From positions 199,082,001-199,146,000 of the forward strand of contig OZ024740.1 in NCBI GenBank assembly GCA_964016885.1: a stretch of 64,000 nucleotides of DNA. The letters are read 5' to 3'. Of this stretch, positions 53,190 through 64,000 are shown in pieces; position 1 is the stretch's first letter, and every line of letters begins with the position of its first letter. The stretch is from Eledone cirrhosa (taxonomy: Eukaryota). A model generated the notes under the pieces. That model saw only the letters and a list, made by a program, of their open reading frames with translations, ran no database searches and was not told the origin of the DNA. The translations under genes and the position numbers were made by a program.

Positions 53190-54425
53190 ACTAACAAAGG
53201 AACACTCTACTAGTTTCAAGCTTATTAGCTATCGTCAGCAACGTATACCTTCCTGCCAGATTGTTGAACGTATATACTTACCTTATGCATATTAACGGCT
53301 GAGTTGCCCAATTTGCATATCGAGTGGGTTAATCAGGAAGGTATACGTTGCTGACGATAGCTAATAAGCTTGAAACTAGTAGAGTGTTCCTTTGTTAGTG
53401 TTGAACAAACGAGCAACGAAGGTTGCTAGACACTACGGCTTAATACGGGATGTTTGTTTACAAACACACCGAGCATTATAATAAATGTTCGGTGAATTCA
53501 TACGTACATATATATATATGGGTGCATGTATGTATATATATATACATACTACTGTACGTCTGTATACATATATGTATGTACGTGTAAATACTTATATTTA
53601 AGTAACAGCCGTACTAAGAGTGGGAAATGAAATTCCGTTTATCGTTTTCGGTGCACTCGGCCGATTAACCAACTCGATATGCAAATTGGGCTACTCAGCC
53701 ATTAATATGCATAAGGAAAGTATATACGTTCAACAATCTGGGAGGAAGGTATACGTTGCTGACGATAGCTAATAAGCTTGAAACTAGTACAGCGTCCCTT
53801 TGTCAGTGTTGAACAAACGAGCAACGATGGTTGCTAGACACTACGGCTTAATACGGGATGTTTGTTTACAAAAACAGCGAGCATTATAATAAATGTTCGG
53901 TGAATCCATACGTACATATATATATGTGTGCATGTATGTATATATATATACATACTACTGTACGTCTGTATACATATATGTATGTACGTGTACATACTTA
54001 TATTTAAGTAACATCCGTACTAAGAGTGGGAAATGAAATTTCGTTTCATTTTTTCTGTTTATCGTTTTCGGTGCACTCGGCCGATTAACCCACTCGATAT
54101 GCAAATAGGGCTACTCAGCCGTTAATATACATAAGGTAAGTATATACGTTCAGCAATCTGGCAGGAAGGTATACGTTGCTGACGACAGCTAATAAGCTTG
54201 AAACTAGTACAGGGTCCCTCTGTCAGTGTTGATCAAACGAGCAACGATGGCTGCTAGACACTACGGATTAATACGGGATCTTTGTTTATAAACACACCGA
54301 GCATTATAATAAATGTTCGGTGAATCCATACGTACATAAATATATGTGCGCATGTATGTATATATATATATACATACTACTGTACGTCTGTATACATATA
54401 TTTATGTACGTGTACATACTTATAT
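53190..54425 (+). mobile_element. Retrozyme-like tandem array, 408-420 bp unit (~2.6 copies), with an inverted 5' fragment
   Basis: CTGACGA at 53351, 53759 and 54179; inverted HHR-containing copy at 53190-53334; no meaningful ORF; ends in (TA)n. Confidence 0.85.
53753..53795 (+). ncRNA. Minimal type I hammerhead (best copy of the array; others at 53345, 54173 and reversed at 53203-53244)
   Basis: acgttg CTGACGA t agct aata agct t GAAA ctag TA cagcgt: 6 bp stem I, palindromic stem III ACTAGT, GUA triplet. Confidence 0.8.
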
Positions 54426-54435
54426 ATATATATAT

Positions 54436-55045
54436 ATAATGAGCGGAACAAGTAAACATTAAACAATGTTTCAAATAAATTAAAATACGATTTAAATATT
54501 CACCTGTTCTAATGCAGTTACCGACGGCTTCGCTTATCAAAAGATTAGAAATTCAGAGAATTTTCAATAGAAAGAATCAACTCTTCAGACAGCTATTTCC
54601 ATTCTGTAGGGCATAAAGCCTCACAGTTTGTAAATATATCGCTTTCTGCCCGATGTATGAGGTCAGTCCGTTAACGTGACTCACACATAAACAGGCCGCG
54701 AGTAAAATCGGGAATATTATAGACTCGTTGTTTTTCATGCTACTAAAAACACATAAACAAACCGGGAGTAAAAGCGGGAATATTATAAACTCGCTGTTTT
54801 TTCTGCTACGGCCTGACATCATACATCGGGCAGGAAGCGATATATTTACAAACTGCGAGTCTTTATGCCCTATATAATGTAAATAGCTGTCTGAAGAGCT
54901 GATTCTTTCCATAGGAATTTCTCTGAATTCCAATCTTTTGATAAGCGAAACCGTCGGTAACACATTAGAACAGGTGAACATTTAAATCGTATTTTCATTT
55001 ATTTAAATTATTGTTTAATGTTTACTTGTTCCGCTCATTTTTATA
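54436..55045. mobile_element. Non-coding foldback with an HHR in each ~235 bp arm
   Basis: 54436-54670 mirrors 54808-55040; right arm tgt CTGAAGA gc...gc GAAA ccgtcgg TA aca (54888-54962); left-arm core has GAAG; the spacer holds a ~62 bp direct repeat. Confidence 0.82.
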
Positions 55046-55140
55046 GTTCTGGTATCTCAAATTAGTACCATTGAACAACAATTATTATAGACACCATATA
55101 TATTTCCGTACGTACTTAGTACCTGTTGGAATATTTATAT

Positions 55141-55205
<65 letters not shown>

Positions 55206-55661
55206 AATTATTTGCTCACGCGAAGTACTCATATTACGGTAAGTGCAGTGGAAGATTGTGAGGAAATGAGGAAGTATTAGGCTGACATATATCTGGATAG
55301 TACTATAGTACATGCCGTTGATACACACGCAAACGCACACCCACTCACAAACACACACACGCACACACACACACACACACATAATTATATATATTAGAAA
55401 AGGTTATCGCTCTATATGGCTGAATACAATAAATGTAATATGAGTTTTTCTAATATCAATAATAATACTCGATACGTTTGCAATTATGCAAACAAGCTTC
55501 TTTTAAGCCATGGATGAAGGATAATCATCCAGAATCATTAGTGTCTGCAGTTCTGTTTACATGCCAACACAAGAGCAAGAATGATGGTATAAAATAGGCT
55601 TGTTTGCATAATTACAAACGAATCGAATATTATTATTAATATTCCAAATAAATCAGATTAA

Positions 55662-55704
<43 letters not shown>

Positions 55705-55706
<2 letters not shown>

Positions 55707-56232
55707 CTATCAAAAGGACAGGAGGGAAAGAAAAGAAAAAGAGAAAAAAAAGAGAAAAAAACAGAAGAATAGAGAAAGTAGTGAGGAGAGAAGAAGAAAG
55801 ACAAAAAAATGAGTTAAACAGACCGAATTTAGGGAAACTGAGGACAATGGAACATGCAAGTGAGTAACCGAGGAAAAAATAGAATAGAATAAGTTTCGGT
55901 TCGTTATAACTTATTCTATTTTAATTTTTCCTCGGTTACTCACTTGCATGTTCCGTTTTCCTGTGTCGCTCCTCCATTCGGTCTGTTTACCTCGTTTTCT
56001 ATATTTCTTCCTCCCTCCTCACTACTTTCCCTTTTCTTTTTTTTTTTTTTTTCTTTCGCTCCTGGTCTATTGATCTATAAAAGGCCTTGGGCGCGTCGGT
56101 GATCGCTTTTGATGTCCTGTTTTAAACGCCAAAACATATATGATGTACGGTTAACAGCTGATGAAGGATTTCTATTGTTTCGTCCATATTACCATCTTAA
56201 ACTCAAACAGCTCCTTTCCTTTCTTGTAATTT

Positions 56233-56235
<3 letters not shown>
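55705..56235. mobile_element. Foldback between (TA)n tracts; right arm extended and carrying CTGATGAAGGA
   Basis: ggaacatgcaagtgagtaaccgaggaaaaa...tagaataagtt mirrors aacttattcta...tttttcctcggttactcacttgcatgttcc around 55895; arms extend ~180 bp. Confidence 0.7.
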
Positions 56236-56275
<40 letters not shown>

Positions 56276-57275
56276 GCCAAGTAGCCGTTAATAGATATGT
56301 TGTTACGAATGGAAATGTTACATAATCACAAGAGTGTATATATATTTAAATACACGAAAAAGAAACTATAGCAATAATTTTCAGATAAACTTACATTCTA
56401 TCTAGTATTTGTGAAATAATGTATGTGCAATTTTACTATTGCATTAGTAAACACAGTAAACATATTGGTAAGTAGGCACATTATTTGAAAAGAAGGAAAC
56501 ATTTGAAAATTTGAAAATAGTTTAAAGATATATCAACTTAGACTGTAATTCTATTTATTCCAAATTTTAGAGAAATATATTCCGGATTTACCTGTCTGGA
56601 AAAATTAAGATTTCACGAAATAATAGCAAAGTAGTGATTTTATATAGATATGGAAACACTAAATTGTATGAAACACATCAATACAACTTCTTATGAATAA
56701 TTGTATACATTACTTGATTACATTCCATGTGATACCTCGTAGTATGAATTTAATTATTTCGATCACCGAGCTCGTTTTACCAATCAATTTTTTCGCATTG
56801 AAATTTATTAAAATATTCTACTGACCAAAAATCATTTATTATGAGCTTTAAAACAGAAAAGGTGCAGTCGCAGGGGAAATAACAATTATAAAAACATATT
56901 AAAAGAGAATGCGAAAGAAATATGTAAACTGGTTTTATTAATTATGTGAAACTCGCTCGTACTGCGGATTTCCACTCGTAGTACAAGACAAATATTCGCA
57001 CGAGCCTCGGTTCATACAGCAAATTACTCGTATTGCAAGGTTCTACTGTATATTCATATATATAAATATATAAGGATAATAACACCAACAAATTTGACTC
57101 CTTCGGCTTTAAAACATTTAGAAGCCCCCCTCATAACACACTACTAAACCTCTTCGAAAACGACCTAATTAAACTAGTTAAAAACATTAAATACAAAAAA
57201 CACCATAATAAAAACAACACCTTCTTAAACAAACTTAGCACCTCTATTAATGACTTCAAAACTAGTAGTAAAATT

Positions 57276-59400
57276 TTGGTACATGCCGACAAAACTAATA
57301 ACATATACAGCCTAGATTATAATACGTATAGAAAGTTTATATATAATGAACTACATAAAAGCTACAAGAAAACCACTATGAAAAACTTAGAAGATATTAA
57401 TATGGAAGGCTATAATATAGTATCCAAACTAGGGCTCCAGAGACATACACAACCTTACACCCCAAACCCCCCTAGATTCTCTCTGAAGGACCATAAGGTA
57501 GACTTCATTAGCAACCCCTCGATTAGACTAATCTGCCCCTCCAGGTCTGACATTGGCATTATCAGTAAAATAATCCTAGACAAAATCATCCCACAGATTA
57601 AACACAAGATTTACCTTAAGCAATGGGGAAATACGGGTGAAGTGATTGAATGGTTCAAAAATATCATAGATAACAAGGATAAAAAATTTATTCAATTTGA
57701 TATCAACTCTTACTACACCTCTATTTCCCCTATCCTACTAAATAAGGCACTTATAATGGCCATGGGCAATAGTGACTTGACTAGACCCCAGATTGATGTC
57801 ATACTTGCGGCCCGTAAAACAATAATCACCTTTGAGGACCAATTATGGACCCGCAAGGATACGCAAAACAACTTCGACATTACTATGGGGTCTAGTGACT
57901 CGGCGCATGTCACTGATTTGGTTGGCCTATACTTACTTAACCTAATCCACAGGGAACTTCCGTACCTCAGCGGTGGTTTGTATCGTGACGATGCACTTCT
58001 ACTTATAGACTATAAAAGATTCAATATAGAAAGGACTAGAAAACTATTGCACAAAACATTCAAAAACTTTAACCTTAGTATTACCATGGACAAAAACACC
58101 AAAAGCGTCAACTTCCTAGACGCCACACTCTACTTAGACTCAATGATATATGCACCTTTCCACAAACCTAATGAAAAACTCATCTACGTAGATACCAAGT
58201 CTAACCACCCTAAATCTATATTGAACTCTATCTCTAAGGGAGTATCTAATAGAATCTCTAATCTATCCTATGACATAAACACATTTAACAATAACTCGCA
58301 GTATTATAATCAGGCATTAGCTAGATCAGGCCATAATACAGGGATAGAGTTCCTACCTACAAAAACACATAGCTACAACATCATTTCACACAACATGTCC
58401 ATGGGAAAATTTAATAATAGGAATAGCAACTGCACACACACTAATAGGGATTGTAACAACAAGAGTAACCCGCACCACAGGAATGACCATAGGAACATTA
58501 AAGGAAACAAATCACCAGACATAAAAACAGAAATAGAAGAAGAAATAATACATTTTTCAACCCTCCTTTCAATTTAAACGTCTCTACCAACCTTCCTAGG
58601 GCTTTCTTCTCACTACTAAATAAACACTTCCCATCCGGCCACAGGTACCACGGCCTTTTAAACAAAAACACTATTAAGATCTCATACTCTACTACGCCTA
58701 ACTTAACATACCACATAGCTAGTACAAATAAAAGAAAAATTTATTCTTACTTCCAACAAACTAAATCACAACGGTCGATAAACCTTCAAAATAACATTAA
58801 AAATAACAGTCAAAGTAACATTATAACAAATAACCGTAATATCAATGGAAATAATAGTAATAGCACTAGTGGAAACATTAACGCTGCGTACCACAACCCG
58901 CATAACCATAACCCTATAGCTAACCTCCAAACTTCTACACAGCATAGTAACCGGCAGACTAGCACCCAGAGTAATTGTAACTGTAGATCAAGTAGAACCT
59001 GCACTTTAGATAAAAAATGCTTAACCAAGGATATCATATACTCATGTACAGTCACAACTAACAGCCCTTCTGAAACCTACATAGGCTCCACTTCTAACTG
59101 CTTCAAAACTAGATACAATTCGCACCTCCGCTCTTTCAAAAAACACAGTCTAGCCAACTCCACTTCACTATCTAGCTACATACACTATCTAAAAACTAAA
59201 AATAAAATATATACACTTAAATGGGAAGTGGTAGGTAGTGCAACATCGTACAAACCTACTGATAAATTTTGTAACCTCTGTCTACTAAAGACCCATACTA
59301 TCATCTTCTCTAAACATAATCTCCTTAATAAAAAATCAGAAGTGTTCGCAAATTGCCAACACTGCTTCCGACACTCGTTCCAAAACTTTAAACCCTATAT
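57276..59400 (+). pseudogene. PLE RT plus GIY-YIG, frameshifted
   Basis: 433 aa ORF with a complete RT core; endonuclease continues in another frame. Confidence 0.88.
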
Positions 59401-60945
59401 ATAATAATGTCAGACTGGAACCGGCACCACCCCTAGCAATTAACATCAGTAGCACACCTTACACCTCACATCCACACCCATCTCTATACTCTAAAGATAA
59501 TACTGACAGCATTTTAGTACCACCTACCCTGGGAATACCCCCTTGTACCTCTAATACTGATATCTCGACCGTGGACTACTTATTCTGCATTGCACAAATA
59601 TAAGATTAGTATAAATTGGGGACACGGTACTGGTTGCGATAGCATAGTCCTGTGCATGGATTACCACCAAGAGATAGATTGATGATTAGATAGATAATCG
59701 TATTGTTAAGTGATTATATACTGTAAGCGATCAGTTCATTGAATTATGCACGTAATCATCTTGATGTGGACTCCTTTAATACCTATTAATAGACTCCACT
59801 CTAGCTTGGAGATGTGATACATAATTGATTTATATTTGAGACGGAGGTTGTCTATTGCTTGATGGCCAGACTAGTGCATTTATATGAGAGATTGGATCTC
59901 CGGACCATACCGAAGATTTACTGGAGATGCAGGCAAGCAATGACCCGGAGCCTACCGGGTGGCATATATAATAGTGGGACCATACCAGGTCCTACTGTTA
60001 TATTACATCTGCATGGAGCAGTGACTTGAGAGTCTGACTCCTCTTATGGAACGTTCAGATACGACACCCCTTAATTAATGGATGGTAATCATCCTAATAT
60101 ATACACCCTTGTACTTCTTAATGGACAACTCTCAAACCTATAAATGGGTAACATACTCTAGATATTAGTTATAACTTCACATGATAGGCACGTATTTGAA
60201 TCACCATTAATGTAGTTTAGCATAGTAATGTAACTAAGATAACTAGCTAGTTACCTCCCCTTACGCATTAATTCCCCTTAGTCATTCAGGCAATTCCGGA
60301 ATCTGGACAGCATGATATATTAATTAAGAACCGACTGGATACGGTTTATAGCTTGACTATATACTGAACCACTGCGAATTATACGATAGACGCGTGTTCT
60401 GTATATATATATTGCGTCTCATGGATTATGTGAGTGGTGGTGTGAGCAAGGACAGTGGTACGACCTTGCCTACGATACAATAAGGTTTATAGTATGTTGA
60501 AGGTTTTTGATATTTTGGCGTTTCCCCGCATCCGAGACTGTATATCATACAGATGTTTGACAATAAATGACTTAATAATTCAGCCTATATAATAAGATCG
60601 ATTGCCTGCTTCAGCTGCCTGACCCTGCAAATATCATTCTGACGCACTCTAATCATGTATAGATAAGACACGCGTGCATGCTACACGGGAGATTGTTTCA
60701 TACACTGACTACTCTAAGGTTCCGTCTTGCTTTATCTTCATAGACTGCCAACGCTTCATGTTTATCTTTATTTTCACTCTTATTTTCACTCTTGTTTTTA
60801 TTTTATTTTATTTTTATCCTGTAACCTTTATATGTAAACTGCCATGCTATATCATTTGATGAATGTCACCCCACTGTTGATCAATTTGCGCATATGTTTT
60901 ATGTGTCTCTTGGGTTGAAAAGGAGGTCAAGTATGTTATAAATAG

Positions 60946-60994
60946 TTGCTCCGAAGATCCCAAACCTCGGTTTGGAGGAAACAATTGTAAGCAA
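60946..60994 (+). ncRNA. Minimal hammerhead with U4C core (CCGAAGA)
   Basis: ttgct CCGAAGA tcccaaac ctcg gtttggag GAAA caattg TA agcaa; palindromic stem III ACAATTGT. Confidence 0.72.
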
Positions 60995-61024
60995 ATAAAT
61001 GACTTAACTGAACTTTGAATACTG

Positions 61025-61156
<132 letters not shown>

Positions 61157-61170
61157 AACAATACAATATA

Positions 61171-61247
61171 ATTACCTCATTACCAGAGGTTTCCTGAGTA
61201 AGACGAATACGAAAAAAGGTCCACATTCGTTCGTCGGACAAGGTAAT
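61171..61247 (-). ncRNA. Hammerhead-like motif with U4C core (CCGACGA)
   Basis: attaccttgt CCGACGA acgaat...attcgt cttactcag GAAA cctctgg TA atgaggtaat: 10 bp stem I; stem II junction atypical. Confidence 0.55.
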
Positions 61248-62529
61248 ATAAAACAGTGAAATATTTGGAAAGTCTCCTCAAGAAATGCAAAAAGATATAT
61301 AAATAAAAGTAATGCAAGAGATATATAAAATATATAAAAAATATAAGTAAATATAGTTAGGTGTGTGTATATGTATGTATATACACTCACAAATGTACAT
61401 ATGTATGTATGTACAAATGCATGTGTATGGTGAAAATGTGTGCGTAAGTACATATATGAGGGCAAGTATATTTGTGTATATGTGACCACAAATATAGATA
61501 TAATATGAGTTGAAAAAGAAAATGATAAAATAGTTGACACGCATCCAGATACAGGTATAAGATACACATACGAGTATGAAAGCACGCGTATAAACACACA
61601 CACGTGCGGTCACTCATATGCGGAAGATAAAGAGGGAAGGGAGTGTAATAGTTAAAAGAAAGTGGCATTCTCGATATATGTATCAAAATGAAACAATATA
61701 TAAGAATGAAAAACATTTTAAATGAAAGAGAAAGTAGTCAATTTACACTAGAGAAAAGAAAACAAACGTAGGTACGCACGTACATACACATATATCTATA
61801 AAAAACATATATCTATAAAAAGATATTTATACACGCAAATACGTAGAGACAAAAGCGCATGCATGCGTACATACATACAAACGATGCACGTATATACATA
61901 TATATATATCGCCCCATGCATATCTAATCACACGTACGTACGTGACTATATATATATATACACATATATATACACATACACATACACACCCATACATACA
62001 TATACATATATACACACATACACACATACACATTCACGTACATTCATCCGCTTACACATACACCCATACAAATAAGAGTGTAAAAAACATAGATGTAAAA
62101 AAACATAGATATAAAAACACACATACACACACATATATATACACGCACGCACGCGCACATACGGAGGCGTTCGTGTACATATACAGAACGTATACATACG
62201 TAAAGACACTCAGACACATAGATACAGAGTATAAAGCAGCCTTATAAATAAATTAGTACAAATATAAAATCGGCTGCGAAACAACAGAACATATCTTGAG
62301 TGGAAAACGCAAGTGACGTGTATAATCAGGTAGTAAAGAAAATAGGGAAGTAAAATGTGGAATGTGAAGATATTAGGTAAGTGAATCGAAGAGTAGGGGG
62401 GTGGGGTACTGGTGGATGTGAAGTAAAAAGGAAAATAAAAATAAAATTAAAAATAAAGTTAAAAATGAAAGTAAATCAGAAAGAGAAGTCTGTAAAGAGA
62501 ATACTTTAAGGAAAGTGAAGAATACGAGT

Positions 62530-64000
62530 TTATGGAGGATAAATATCTGAAAGTGAGTTAAGTTTATATGAGCTGGAAAGCAAGTGTGATTTCATGTGTG
62601 GGCAACTGGTGAACATTTCTGTTTTTGTATTTAGGCAGGTTTTTGGTGATTTAAGTTTTTGTAAAATCCAATATTTTTCAGTTATGCAGAGTGTGCATCT
62701 TCTTGTTTCACTTGCATATTCTTTAGATTGGTTTAAAATTGACCAATCCAATTTATATTGGATACCTTGGGCTTTCAAATCCCATATTCTGCTAGCCAGA
62801 GCTGTTGTGAATCTTTTTTCTGGATGTCGGAAAGATGCGACATGTGAGTAATAACGCGTTTTGAATTTGTCTTGTGTTATACCCACATATCGTTCGCTGG
62901 GGGCTGGTTAGTTGTTGCTGATGGTTGTCACTTTAGCCGCATATACAATGGCTTTGCTGTTGCATTTACCTTGTAATGGGCATTCACTTTTGACTCTACA
63001 GGAGCAATTTTGATGTTCTCTGGGTGATTTCTTATTGATGATATAAGATTTAATAGGGGGACCGCAGGAGTAGCTAATTTTGACACAGTTTCTATTGAAG
63101 ATCTTATAGTATCTATGTGTTCTAGGGAAATGTTTATCTAAGAGCTCTAGGAATTTGTTGCCTACATTAGTTTTAACTGCTAGAGAGTAGGGGGTGTGAA
63201 CCAGATTAGTTTTCTTTTCCTATTGTTATGTTTAAAAGAGTTAGTATAGTTGGGTATGTACTTAATCGATTCGCTAAATCCGCTATTTTGAAGGGCTTTA
63301 TTATAGTAGGGGGATGCCTTATTGAAAATAGCTTCTGAGGAAGAGAGTGTGGAGATCCTACGGCTAATATTAGGGATAAGGTTTTTAAAGACTATAGGAG
63401 GATGGCAAGAGCCTTTATTTATATATTTTAATTTTTCATTAGGTTTATGGTATGGTTTATAAGAAGCAGTAGGCAAATCTAGGTTTATATCTAGAAAATT
63501 AACATTGGAAAGGTTAGTGTCAATAGTAATTTTAAGATTAAAACTAGCAAAGGTTTTAATTAAGTCTTTCCTTAATCTATCTAAGTTATGGCCTATGGTG
63601 GTATGGGAAAGTATTATACCATCGTCGCGATAAAGCCCCAAAATATGGTTAGGGAATTTTTCTTTAAATGTGTGTAGGAGGAATAGGCCGACTAAATCAC
63701 AAACATCGGCACTGTCAAAAGAGCCCATTGAGACATCGAATGGGCTCTCTGGGTTAGATATTTTTACCCTAGTGTCATTATCATTAAAGAGTGGAGTGTT
63801 TCTAGCGTGCAAGATGACATTCTTTCAATATCAGAGATATTGGTAAACTTTCTAGCGAAATTTAAAGCTTTCGCTAAAAGAGTCTGAGTGATAGACGGGT
63901 AGAAATCTACAATGTCAAATTGGGTGAATCTAGAACTATTTTTATCTTTAATTTTATTAAACCAATGTACTACGGAAGAGCTATTTATCCATTGGAGTAA
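62530..64000 (-). pseudogene. PLE RT plus GIY-YIG, frameshifted
   Basis: Fragments in different frames: RT core, WFTPP linker, CSCR..CPLQGKC, YVGIT..FKTRYYSH, CTLCITEK. Confidence 0.88.

Overview
AT-rich eukaryotic intergenic or intronic DNA, probably from a coleoid cephalopod (inferred from octopus-type SINEs and very long (TA)n tracts). No host protein-coding gene is recognisable, and most short ORFs are microsatellite artefacts. The window is dominated by Penelope-like retroelements (PLEs; RT plus C-terminal GIY-YIG) of at least three lineages, plus tRNA-derived SINEs, RTE-type LINE relics and non-autonomous Helitrons. Main observations: (1) About 25-30 intact or decayed hammerhead ribozyme (HHR) motifs in at least a dozen sequence families, including U3-A8 and U4C core variants. 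(2) Two non-coding tandem arrays with one HHR per unit (591 bp and about 408-420 bp) that resemble non-LTR retrozymes. (3) Many insertions, coding or not, are foldbacks with both 3' ends pointing outward into (TA)n; several show the same one-sided tail and hairpin or slippage scars at the centre. All RNA folds were assigned by eye and coordinates are approximate to a few bases.
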